From positions 1 through 59,690 of the forward strand of contig CAJFEV010000001.1 of the NCBI GenBank assembly GCA_904374795.1: a stretch of 59,690 nucleotides of DNA, given 5' to 3'. A program made the position numbers and the translations under genes. This document shows positions 30,743 to 39,533 of the stretch, one piece after another. This DNA comes from an uncultured Bacilli bacterium. GTDB taxonomy: Bacteria; Bacillota_I; Bacilli_A; RF39; UBA660. A model generated the notes under the pieces. The model worked only from the letters and a program-made list of their open reading frames with translations. It made no database searches and was not told the DNA's origin. Each line of letters begins with the position of its first letter. Position 1 is the stretch's first letter.

Positions 30743-32104
30743 TTATCTTTTATAATCATCATTAACAAATAATTGATGAAACTCTTTTGCACTTTCATCA
30801 ATTTCTCGGTTCAAATTTTTTACAGCATTAATAACTTCCTGTTTCAAAAATACTTTTTTTGTATTCACAGAAGTATTGAAATAATTTTGTAAAATTAGTA
30901 ATTTTAAATTTTTGTTTTTATATATTCTCGATTTTTCATAAGCAAGCTCTTGCAACAAATCATCCAAAGTAATGCAATCTTTTGTATTTTTAGTCTTTAC
31001 AATATTTTGTAGACGATTACATCTGAAAAGCGCATGATTAACAATTGCATTTAGCACATAACTTTCTATATACTTTTGTTTATCTAACACTAATTTATTA
31101 TTTTTCACTTTCTCTTCAATATGATTTTCCTTATTTAAAATTTTGTAGTAATCTGTAAGTTTATTTAAAGAATTTTGCACATTTAATTGCTGTTTATACA
31201 ATTCTGAATCCTTATTTCTAAATAACTCTTCTTTGATTTCTTTCGTTATTTTTTTTATTTCCTTACCTATCGCGTTGTTTTTTATAGAACCATATTTTAC
31301 TTTTTTAAATTTATTATCTTTACGATATTCAGAAACTAAGAAACCTAATTTCACAATTTTCTCTTCTAATTTAATATCAGAAATATTTTTAAGAATAAAA
31401 TTTTTATCCTGAACGTCAAAATATTTTTTGAACTCATCAATTTCTTGATTTACTTCCATTAATAATGGTCTCATAACTTTATGTCGTTCTATTGATATTA
31501 ACAATTCATTCTTAAAAAAGTTCTTTTCATCAGAAGTTATTTTTCCTTTTCTACGATATAATATCTTACCATCTCTATTGATATGATTAGGTGCAGTTTC
31601 TACAAAAGCCATGTGTAAATGTATATGATTTGTATTACCATGAAAAGAAAAACAATAACGCATTTTTTTCATATCTACAAAACCACATTTTCGCAAAAAT
31701 TTCGGCATAACTTCTTTAGCAATTATTTTTTCTAACTCACGAATATTAATGGCCTTTATAAGCCAATCTGAATCAAAACTTACCACTCCCTTATACAGGT
31801 TAGAATTCTTAATTGCATTTGACATTTGAATTTGAAATTTTTGTAATTCATTTTCAGTAGCATAATGTCCGTCTTCTAAAACAAGATTCACTATTTTATC
31901 CTGCTTACTCCCCCTATAATAATCTATCATACTTACAATTTCTTTTTTTGGATCTCTATAATAATTAGTCATTCTTTTAATGTCTTTTATCATATTTTTT
32001 TCATGGAATGAACTACTAACCTTATTATCAGGATTAGTTAAAGCCAATCTATATCTACAAGTAAAAATAATTTTAGGAGTCAAATTTCTTTTCGTATCGC
32101 TCAT
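30743..32104 (-). CDS. Putative relaxase / mobilisation nuclease
   Basis: Histidine triad FHGNTNHIHLHMAF (HxNxxNHxHxH, relaxase metal-binding type), with N-terminal Tyr candidates. Preceded by two RHH genes and an inverted-repeat-rich intergenic region. Confidence 0.6.
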   Translation of the reverse strand: MSDTKRNLTPKIIFTCRYRLALTNPDNKVSSSFHEKNMIKDIKRMTNYYRDPKKEIVSMIDYYRGSKQDKIVNLVLEDGHYATENELQKFQIQMSNAIKNSNLYKGVVSFDSDWLIKAINIRELEKIIAKEVMPKFLRKCGFVDMKKMRYCFSFHGNTNHIHLHMAFVETAPNHINRDGKILYRRKGKITSDEKNFFKNELLISIERHKVMRPLLMEVNQEIDEFKKYFDVQDKNFILKNISDIKLEEKIVKLGFLVSEYRKDNKFKKVKYGSIKNNAIGKEIKKITKEIKEELFRNKDSELYKQQLNVQNSLNKLTDYYKILNKENHIEEKVKNNKLVLDKQKYIESYVLNAIVNHALFRCNRLQNIVKTKNTKDCITLDDLLQELAYEKSRIYKNKNLKLLILQNYFNTSVNTKKVFLKQEVINAVKNLNREIDESAKEFHQLFVNDDYKR

Positions 32105-32444
32105 TATAATAATTCCTTACAAAATTTTGATAAACCTCATCTTCTTTAAAATTTTGATTTCTGGCAAAACCACTATTCACAAATATCTGTCTTACTAATA
32201 TATTTAGCCAATTACATTTTTTTTGTAAATCTACTACTTCTTTTTGAAGATTGTCTAAATTATTTAAAATAACTGCTACATTGCTCACATTATTAATTTT
32301 ATCTAATTCATTTATGTGATATACAACTAATTCCCCAATTAATTTATTTACACTCATTTTATTTTTTTTAGCAATTTCATTAAGTTCTTCATCAACAAAC
32401 GGCGACAGTCGAATCGTTCTACGCCTAATTTTTTCTTCATTCAT
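32073..32444 (-). CDS. Ribbon-helix-helix protein (relaxosome accessory candidate)
   Basis: RRTIRLSPFVDEELNEIAKKNKMSVNKLIGELV is a typical RHH N-terminus. Confidence 0.5.
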   Translation of the reverse strand: MNEEKIRRRTIRLSPFVDEELNEIAKKNKMSVNKLIGELVVYHINELDKINNVSNVAVILNNLDNLQKEVVDLQKKCNWLNILVRQIFVNSGFARNQNFKEDEVYQNFVRNYYNERYEKKFDS

Positions 32445-32625
32445 TTTGTAAACCCTCATCTTTCAATACAGTTGTTTCTTGGGCTTTTTCTAAAAATGCA
32501 CGTATTCCAAAAGCAACTAACTCTATGAGCTGTTTGTTAAGACTAATACAATTTTGATTTGCTAATATCTTTACTTTTGTATACAAATCTCTTGGTATTC
32601 TAAAAGTAATACGTTTTATATACAT
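32437..32625 (-). CDS. Ribbon-helix-helix protein (relaxosome accessory candidate)
   Basis: KRITFRIPRDLYTKVKILANQNCISLNKQLIELV. RBS GGGGGGA before MYIKR. Confidence 0.5.
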   Translation of the reverse strand: MYIKRITFRIPRDLYTKVKILANQNCISLNKQLIELVAFGIRAFLEKAQETTVLKDEGLQNE

Positions 32626-32722
32626 ACATATCCCCCCAATCAATTTTTTGATTTTTTTGTCGTCATTTTTTTTAAAAACTATATGCCAAACTATCTTTTA
32701 TTTAAATGAGCATAAGATGTTG

Positions 32723-32799
32723 GACACCATGAATGCGATTTTTCATAAGAAAAATCTATGCTTTCCATGGTGTCTTGTCCATTTTTGCACTTGCAAAAA
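32723..32799. promoter_or_regulatory. Candidate oriT: nested hairpin plus adjacent palindrome
   Basis: GACACCATG (32723-32731) pairs with CATGGTGTC (32766-32774) and encloses GATTTTTC-ATAA-GAAAAATC. TTTTTGCA-CT-TGCAAAAA follows at 32782-32799. Confidence 0.35.
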
Positions 32800-32939
32800 T
32801 GACGATTTTATGATTTAATTTGGCGACATACTTTCATAAACTCTTGTAAAATCTACATGTTTCATATTAACATGACGATTGAACATGACACATGAGGAAA
32901 AAGAATATGTGAAAAATGACGACGAGCATTTCTTATGTT

Positions 32940-33839
32940 TTAAAAAAGTGGATCTAGTCCAGTTCCAGGCAAATAATCTTCATGATATGGTGGCAATTCT
33001 GCTCCATCTGAAAAATCTATCAAACTCATTCCATCAACATAACTGTTGTCTTCTAATTGGACTTGATAATGAAGATGATTACCTGTGCCGTAGCCTGTTG
33101 TTCCGACACTTCCGATAACTTGACCTCCTGAAACAATATCACCAACATTTACTTTCTTACTATTAGGATATAAATGGCCATAAGTAATCTTATATATCTC
33201 TTCGTTCATATTACATTTTATTACAATATAATTTCCAAGACCACCTGCAGTATCAGTAACATTTTCTTGATATGTAAAAGAAACTTTTTCAACTACTCCA
33301 TCACAAACGGACATTACTTCAGTTTGTGCCTCTGCAGCAAAATCCCAAGCTTGATGAACATCAAATTCTCCAAAAACATATCGTTGCTCCATAAAAAATG
33401 ATGTAACAGTAATTTTTGAAAAATCTATTGGTTTATTAAAAATTTTCTGTTGATATTCATCAATTTGATTACTATGCTTTAATTCTAATTCATTACATAT
33501 AGCAAAATTTTTATATTCTCCCTGTGTGCAAACAAGAGAAATCGGCTTCATCCTTTTAAGACTCGTATCTAAATTATCAGTATATATTTTACTAAAAGTC
33601 AAATCATCTCTGGATAAATAAAAATATAATATTCTCTCTAAGGGTACATAACCATTTTGAATATTTTCATTTAAAGCATTTTTATAATCTGAAGCATAGG
33701 CTATGTTATCTTTTACATATCCATCTGTCGTACTACTTCCAAAAAAATCTAAAACTAGCATTACGGCAACTAGGATAGCAATTAAAAACGCAAATATTGG
33801 TAAAATTGCAGAAATAACTAAAACCAAAATTTTTTTCAT
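32940..33839 (-). CDS. Membrane-anchored M23 (LytM-type) peptidoglycan hydrolase, VirB1-equivalent
   Basis: N-terminal TM segment. C-terminal GNYIVIKC...YGHL...GTTGYGTGNHLHYQV (M23 HxH). Confidence 0.8.
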   Translation of the reverse strand: MKKILVLVISAILPIFAFLIAILVAVMLVLDFFGSSTTDGYVKDNIAYASDYKNALNENIQNGYVPLERILYFYLSRDDLTFSKIYTDNLDTSLKRMKPISLVCTQGEYKNFAICNELELKHSNQIDEYQQKIFNKPIDFSKITVTSFFMEQRYVFGEFDVHQAWDFAAEAQTEVMSVCDGVVEKVSFTYQENVTDTAGGLGNYIVIKCNMNEEIYKITYGHLYPNSKKVNVGDIVSGGQVIGSVGTTGYGTGNHLHYQVQLEDNSYVDGMSLIDFSDGAELPPYHEDYLPGTGLDPLF

Positions 33840-33840
33840 T

Positions 33841-34068
33841 TCACTTTTTCTTAATCTTCTCTACACTATAAAATTTTCCATGTTTACTTTTTATTCCTTT
33901 TATTTTCTTTAATTCATTTTCAACTAGATTTTCTGGAATAAAATCATATAGTACTTCTGTAAATTCTTCACATGGATCTTCGAAATCATCAAAATATATT
34001 TCTTTAAAAATCTTTTTAATTTTCCCTTTTTCTGGTGTTATTTCATTATAATTCGTATCTTTTCTCAT
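33841..34068 (-). CDS. Small hypothetical protein
   Basis: 75-aa ORF packed between the VirB4-like and M23 genes with 1-nt spacing. Confidence 0.4.
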   Translation of the reverse strand: MRKDTNYNEITPEKGKIKKIFKEIYFDDFEDPCEEFTEVLYDFIPENLVENELKKIKGIKSKHGKFYSVEKIKKK

Positions 34069-36528
34069 TTAATCTTCCCCCATCAGTTGTTGTTCTAATT
34101 GAGTGGCACGCACCCATAGTCGAACTCTTTTTTTATTTGTAATATTTAATAAAAATTCACCTTGTTTAGCTCGTAGCAAAAATTCTTTTTGGGTATCAGT
34201 TAAAGCATTTTGCTTAAATAGTTCTATATAAGCTGAGAGATCATCTTCTTTTAGCATTCCTATCAGTTGATACTGGCAATTGTTGAATATGGCAGTTGCA
34301 TGTCTTAAAATATTTGCCGAGCCAATAAAATCTCTAATAGATTGAGTTGCACATACAAATGAAGAAGAATATTTTCTAAGTCTTCTTGCCATTTGTCCAA
34401 AATTCTTGAGAAGCTCAGGATTTTCTTCATCTATAAAAAGATGAAATTCATCTACTACAACAATAATGTGTTTTTTGTCTTTTACACTTTCATTAAGAAT
34501 TTTATTCTTTACTATCGCATTATTTAAAAAAGTTAATACATTTAATACTTGCGTATTAATCAATCTTTTATTTTCACTAAAAAGTAATTCTTGTAAATTA
34601 AAGCAAATTAAATCATTTTTTTCTAAATTTAAATTTGTATAGTCATCAAATAAAAATGCATCCGTACCTACCAAGAAACGTTCCAATAAAATATCTAATT
34701 GTTCGATAATCTTCAATTTTTCGCTATTTTTGATAACTTCCTTTTCTTCAACAATCAATTGTTTTAAATCTGAAAAAAGTGGAAATTCGTTTGGTTTCAT
34801 ATTTTCTATCATAGATATGGTAGAATTTTTAGTAATTCCAAATTGAGAATACAATTTCTCTGTTTCTTCTAACAGAATTACTAATTCCTTTTCACTAATT
34901 TCTTCAAAAGCACATTTATAAAAAGCTTCTAGGAATCCTAGATGTTTAGCAAGAGGACAATTTGCTACGTCATCTTCATTCTCGCCATTATCAACTGGTA
35001 AAAAACGTATTTGTAGTGGATTGATAATTCCACCAGACTTAGAATACAAATCAATATATTCACCGTGATTTCGTTCAACCAGCTTTTTATATTCATTCTC
35101 ACAATCAAAAATGAATACTTTAGCTCCTATTTGATTGATAGCGTTTGTAATTAATTTTTTTAAAGTAAAACTTTTACCACTGCCTGTAGACCCAACAAGT
35201 GAAATATTATGACTTGTTCTATTAGAAGTAAGCTTAAACATATCAAAATATACAGGCAAAGCTGTATGAATATCCAATCCCATCATAATACCATGCTCAT
35301 CATTAAAACTAGTGGATGTAAGAGGAAAACTTGCAGATAATGTTAAAGTAGGAAGATAAACGGAATAATCACTAATACTACTAGAAGAAATATCAAAACT
35401 TTGCCATGTTTCATATTGTCTAAGTCTTGGAACATCTAAACGAATTTTATAATATTCTGCTAATCTCTTTAATTCTTTTATTATATCCTCTCTTTTCTTT
35501 TTTTCACCGTTGACTGCAACAATAAAATTTACTTCTTTAATTTTTTCTGCTCCATTTTTCAACTGATCCATTAAAATTTGAAAATTTTCTTTTTGAGTAT
35601 CTAGTTCTGTTGCATCTGAAAGCTTTTTTGTAGTGATTCTATCAGACAATAAAAATTGATATGAATTATCTAAATTTTTTATTAAACTATCTGGATCTAC
35701 AGTATCTTTAACATGAATACAACAACGGACACCTGGCATATTAAATATTTGTTCAAAAAAACCCTCATCTAAAAAAGGTGGAATACTTTTAATAGACAAA
35801 AGTTGTACTTCATCATTCTCTAGTTTTAACAAATTAGCTTTCTCAGATATATTAAGTGGAGTTATCAGTTCAGTTAATTCACACCATAATAATTGTTCCA
35901 GATTAGCAGAACTAAAATATAAATTAATCAAAAACTTATAAATTTCATATTTATTAGTTAATTCCTCTAGTTGTAACCTTGGCACAAGACTATAACAAAT
36001 ACGAATTATTTCCTCGACTTGCTTTTTTAGAGCATTTTCATTTTTTGCTATAACAACTAAAAAATAACAATTAGAAACAGTAAACTCATTATTTTCCAAT
36101 TGTTCTAATAGTCCATACCTTTCTTGCAAAAATAATAAACGTTGTTCATTATCTTTACATTCATCTATTAATTTCAAAATATAATCTTTGTTAGAATTAA
36201 GATTTAATTGTTCATTTAATTTATAAATTCTTAAATCTAAATCCTTAATCTGATATAAGTACTTTAATTGAGAATAAAAATAATTTTTTTGTTCTTGACT
36301 GGATAATGATAAATCTATTGCTTGGACTGAAAGCAATTGAGCAACCTCTCCAGATTTTAATTTAATAATCCCTTTTTCAGATACACAATCGACATTGATA
36401 AACGATTGAGAATTCTTTATTTTTTTATTCATCTGACTTTTTGTTAAGTACTTTTTTTTATTATTATTTATTTTACTTTTTACTTTTATAAGCAGTTTTT
36501 TTTCCTTTTCACTTTTTGTTTTTTTCAA
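34069..36528 (-). CDS. VirB4-like conjugative transfer ATPase
   Basis: Walker A GSTGSGKSF, Walker B IIVVVDEFH, 819 aa. It overlaps the upstream PrgI-like gene. Confidence 0.85.
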   Translation of the reverse strand: MKKTKSEKEKKLLIKVKSKINNNKKKYLTKSQMNKKIKNSQSFINVDCVSEKGIIKLKSGEVAQLLSVQAIDLSLSSQEQKNYFYSQLKYLYQIKDLDLRIYKLNEQLNLNSNKDYILKLIDECKDNEQRLLFLQERYGLLEQLENNEFTVSNCYFLVVIAKNENALKKQVEEIIRICYSLVPRLQLEELTNKYEIYKFLINLYFSSANLEQLLWCELTELITPLNISEKANLLKLENDEVQLLSIKSIPPFLDEGFFEQIFNMPGVRCCIHVKDTVDPDSLIKNLDNSYQFLLSDRITTKKLSDATELDTQKENFQILMDQLKNGAEKIKEVNFIVAVNGEKKKREDIIKELKRLAEYYKIRLDVPRLRQYETWQSFDISSSSISDYSVYLPTLTLSASFPLTSTSFNDEHGIMMGLDIHTALPVYFDMFKLTSNRTSHNISLVGSTGSGKSFTLKKLITNAINQIGAKVFIFDCENEYKKLVERNHGEYIDLYSKSGGIINPLQIRFLPVDNGENEDDVANCPLAKHLGFLEAFYKCAFEEISEKELVILLEETEKLYSQFGITKNSTISMIENMKPNEFPLFSDLKQLIVEEKEVIKNSEKLKIIEQLDILLERFLVGTDAFLFDDYTNLNLEKNDLICFNLQELLFSENKRLINTQVLNVLTFLNNAIVKNKILNESVKDKKHIIVVVDEFHLFIDEENPELLKNFGQMARRLRKYSSSFVCATQSIRDFIGSANILRHATAIFNNCQYQLIGMLKEDDLSAYIELFKQNALTDTQKEFLLRAKQGEFLLNITNKKRVRLWVRATQLEQQLMGED

Positions 36529-36814
36529 ATATCATCACTTCCTTACCTTTTGTATAATAAGTAAATTCTTTAGTTGAGACTAAAAAACTAATGATTAAAA
36601 ATAAAATTTTATACATTCGATTTTTTTGGCTGATTTGGATTGGAATAAGCAGAAATCCTCCAGTTATTACAAAAACAATACTGGCTAACTTATATGGAGT
36701 AAAACAAAATAGCACTAAAAAGAAAAATAAAATAGGAATGCCTATAATCAAATCATTAACTTCTAATCCTTTAAACCCTAGATTTTTTTTAATACTTGCT
36801 ACTGTAATGTACAT
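36509..36814 (-). CDS. PrgI/TcpE-like (VirB3-equivalent) small membrane protein
   Basis: 101 aa with two TM hairpin segments, directly upstream of and overlapping the VirB4-like gene. Confidence 0.5.
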   Translation of the reverse strand: MYITVASIKKNLGFKGLEVNDLIIGIPILFFFLVLFCFTPYKLASIVFVITGGFLLIPIQISQKNRMYKILFLIISFLVSTKEFTYYTKGKEVMIFEKNKK

Positions 36815-36840
36815 AATATCACGCTCCTTATTCCATTTTT

Positions 36841-38265
36841 TTATTTTTTTCTTGATCTAATAGTAGGAGTTCTACGAATTGGATTTATCATACCTAATCC
36901 ACCTCTCATCATTGAACTAGTACCAGAAGATATTTTTTTGCTTAAACCAATACCCTCATTATTTGCATTACGTTTCATAGCTGATGATGCTATATTTAAT
37001 CCATAAGAACGTATCGTGTTACCTACACTTTGGACTCCATGTGAAAGAGGATTATGATTATTACTTTCGAAACTATTTCCAAAGCTAGCAATCCCTAAAC
37101 CTGTTTGCTGTAATAAATTATTTGCACCTCTACCTACCTTACCTGCGACTCCTGTTTTCTGTGCCAAATAATTTCCACCTTTTACAGCTGCCCCTCCTAA
37201 AATCATGCCAGTTCCAAAAGCTGTGGCTCCAGTGGCTTTTCCTGCACCACCAGCAATTCTTCCAAAACCCATAAGGGACATTAATTGTTCTCTTCCAGCG
37301 CTAGCACCGATATTACTTCCAATAAACTGGCTAATACTATTACTTCCTGTTAACAATAGGATGGCACACCCAAGATATAATATGGAACGTGTAGCCATAT
37401 CTTGAAAGCCATTATCAAAAAACTGAGTACCATTTATTTGAATTGCAACTAATGCAATTAAGTTAATAATTAGTATAATCATTGCTGATTGTAAGGTTAA
37501 TGAAACTAACTGTTCAATCAAAGTGTTTCTTCTTTGCTTATTACAAACACTAGTAGCATACACTATGGGTGAAATAACAAATAAAACTAAAAATTCTATT
37601 TGTCTTTTTGCTAACATAACAGCTGAAAATATTAAAGCATACAGAAAAAAGCCCCCACACAAAATAGCTAAAATCCACTGAATAGAATATTTGTAATCTC
37701 TTTCATCCGAACGAATCCAACGATCTTTTACAACGTATTTGTCGTTATAACCTTGATAAGCCGTAAAAGTTCCATTTCTAATCGATGTTTGATAATCATC
37801 ATTTTCAAACTTATCACTCGATTTATAACCATTAGAATAATCTATATAATTTATTAGAAGTTCACTTCCAAGTGTTGTGTTATTATCTGATTTTATCATT
37901 GTACCTACAAACCCCGATAACTGAATTGAAAAAGTTGAAACTTGAACAAATAAAAATGTGGACACTAATATTAGAATTCCACATTTTATTACTTCTTTTA
38001 CAATCTGTGTAAAATTTGGCCCTTCTTCTGGATCTATTGCTTTTTTAGCAAATTGCCAAATAGTAAATAATCCAAATACACTTATTGCTATTACAACAAT
38101 ATTAGTATAAAAATTTGAAAATATTGTATTATTTGCCATAGTTCCAACTATATCTAATTCATTTATTTTTGAGATAATTTCATAAATTGCGTCTATCAAA
38201 TTAAATATGAGACTTATAAATCCCCATCCAAGCTCTCTTAATAAATCTAACGCTTTTAATATCAT
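36841..38265 (-). CDS. VirB6-like polytopic mobilome membrane protein
   Basis: Multiple TM segments and a Gly-rich C-terminal tail (GASAGREQLMSLMGFGRIAGGAGKATGATAFGTG...), typical of Gram-positive ICE channel proteins. Confidence 0.65.
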   Translation of the reverse strand: MILKALDLLRELGWGFISLIFNLIDAIYEIISKINELDIVGTMANNTIFSNFYTNIVVIAISVFGLFTIWQFAKKAIDPEEGPNFTQIVKEVIKCGILILVSTFLFVQVSTFSIQLSGFVGTMIKSDNNTTLGSELLINYIDYSNGYKSSDKFENDDYQTSIRNGTFTAYQGYNDKYVVKDRWIRSDERDYKYSIQWILAILCGGFFLYALIFSAVMLAKRQIEFLVLFVISPIVYATSVCNKQRRNTLIEQLVSLTLQSAMIILIINLIALVAIQINGTQFFDNGFQDMATRSILYLGCAILLLTGSNSISQFIGSNIGASAGREQLMSLMGFGRIAGGAGKATGATAFGTGMILGGAAVKGGNYLAQKTGVAGKVGRGANNLLQQTGLGIASFGNSFESNNHNPLSHGVQSVGNTIRSYGLNIASSAMKRNANNEGIGLSKKISSGTSSMMRGGLGMINPIRRTPTIRSRKK

Positions 38266-38274
38266 AAACCACTC

Positions 38275-38577
38275 CTATATTGTAAACGATTCGATTATTA
38301 GATTTACAAGAGACAACGCAGTTATAATACCTGCAATTCCTAATAGTGTCAAAATAATTCCATGCTTTACTTGAGCCTTTTTTTCGACATCTACTACTGA
38401 ATACATTACAAATCCAATAACTAGAGACAATCCAGCAGCAGCAATACCTATTCTTGTAACCCAATCAGTCAGTGTACCAATTACTTCTATAATAGAGTTA
38501 ATATCGTATGTTCCACCTTCAAGTTTTTGAATACCACTCTGCTGCGTAGCTTCTGCTAGTAAAAACAAATTTTTCAT
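38275..38577 (-). CDS. Maff2-like small membrane protein of conjugative elements
   Basis: 100 aa with two TM segments (IGIAAAGLSLVIGFVMY and GIILTLLGIAGIITALSLV). RBS AAAGGGGGG before MKNLF. Confidence 0.45.
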   Translation of the reverse strand: MKNLFLLAEATQQSGIQKLEGGTYDINSIIEVIGTLTDWVTRIGIAAAGLSLVIGFVMYSVVDVEKKAQVKHGIILTLLGIAGIITALSLVNLIIESFTI

Positions 38578-38674
38578 CTTCAACCCCCCTTTAAGATAAA
38601 AAATAATCACATAAAATTATTGGTGCATAATTATCACTCTTAAAATTATTTGTATTACACCTTTTTATTCCTTT

Positions 38675-39163
38675 TTATACCATTGAATTGTCAAAAAATA
38701 ATTGCTGATAAATATGATTGCCGTTGGAAATTAAATATGTATTGAAATCTTTTTTATATTTTTCGATAATAAAATTTAATTTTTCGTTATAATTTAAACT
38801 TTGAACCTTTTTCAAATCTACATTTTTGAAGTTTTGTAATTCTTGCATAATTTTCTCATCACTCGATAAATCCAAATTCCCTAGTTCTTCTAGATTTTCT
38901 AATAAATTACTTATAGAATTCACCTTTGTGTTTTTAAGAGAAAATAGAGAAAAATCGAGGAAATCTTGTGGATATTGCTCCCCTAAAATGATTTCCTCGT
39001 TTGTTATAATACTGCCATATCGATTGACTAACACTAAATTTTCAATTGTAGAAATTTCTTGCCAATCATCTTCTGAACTTCGCAAAGAATAACAATATAA
39101 TCCTAAATCACGCAAAGTATCTCTTGCTTCCTGATTTTTGTACTCTGTAATAAAATAAAGCAT
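38675..39163 (-). CDS. Conserved ICE-associated hypothetical protein
   Basis: LRDLGLYCYSLRSSEDDWQEISTIENLVLVNRYGSIIT resembles a small domain I recall from clostridial ICE polyvalent proteins. This is recalled, not verified. Confidence 0.4.
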   Translation of the reverse strand: MLYFITEYKNQEARDTLRDLGLYCYSLRSSEDDWQEISTIENLVLVNRYGSIITNEEIILGEQYPQDFLDFSLFSLKNTKVNSISNLLENLEELGNLDLSSDEKIMQELQNFKNVDLKKVQSLNYNEKLNFIIEKYKKDFNTYLISNGNHIYQQLFFDNSMV

Positions 39164-39169
39164 ACGAAC

Positions 39170-39532
39170 TTACATATCCATTTCTTTTGAATTGCTAGAA
39201 ATTACCCTAGTATTTTCTTGAACAATTTGCTTTTCGATTTTTTGAATTTCAAAAGGACGAATTTGCAAAGTTTGTTTTCCGTCTTTTTGATATGAATCTA
39301 ATTTCCCCACAACAGTGATTTTATTTCCAACTTGTAAATCTTCTTTCAAAACATTTTCTAAAATATTTCCATCTAAATAAATCGGATAAAAACTTGCTCG
39401 CCCATCACGACTATTTTGAGCAATATTCATATACATAAAATTTTTACCATTTGATTTTTCTTTAACTTCTGACATAGAAGCAATATTTCCTGTAATTTCT
39501 ATACTATTTTTATAGTTGTTTTGTTGCTCCAT
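39170..39532 (-). CDS. Single-stranded DNA-binding (OB-fold) protein
   Basis: NSIEITGNI...VVGKLDSYQKDGKQTLQIRPFEI has the OB-fold SSB pattern. Its position within the transfer operon fits this call. Confidence 0.55.
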   Translation of the reverse strand: MEQQNNYKNSIEITGNIASMSEVKEKSNGKNFMYMNIAQNSRDGRASFYPIYLDGNILENVLKEDLQVGNKITVVGKLDSYQKDGKQTLQIRPFEIQKIEKQIVQENTRVISSNSKEMDM

Positions 39533-39533
39533 A

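Noticed and set aside
38201-38464. 87-aa ORF overlapping the Maff2-like and VirB6-like genes
   Set aside because: It lies entirely inside or overlapping better-supported genes in another frame. It is Cys/Arg/Tyr-rich with no RBS, typical of an alternative-frame artefact of AT-rich DNA.
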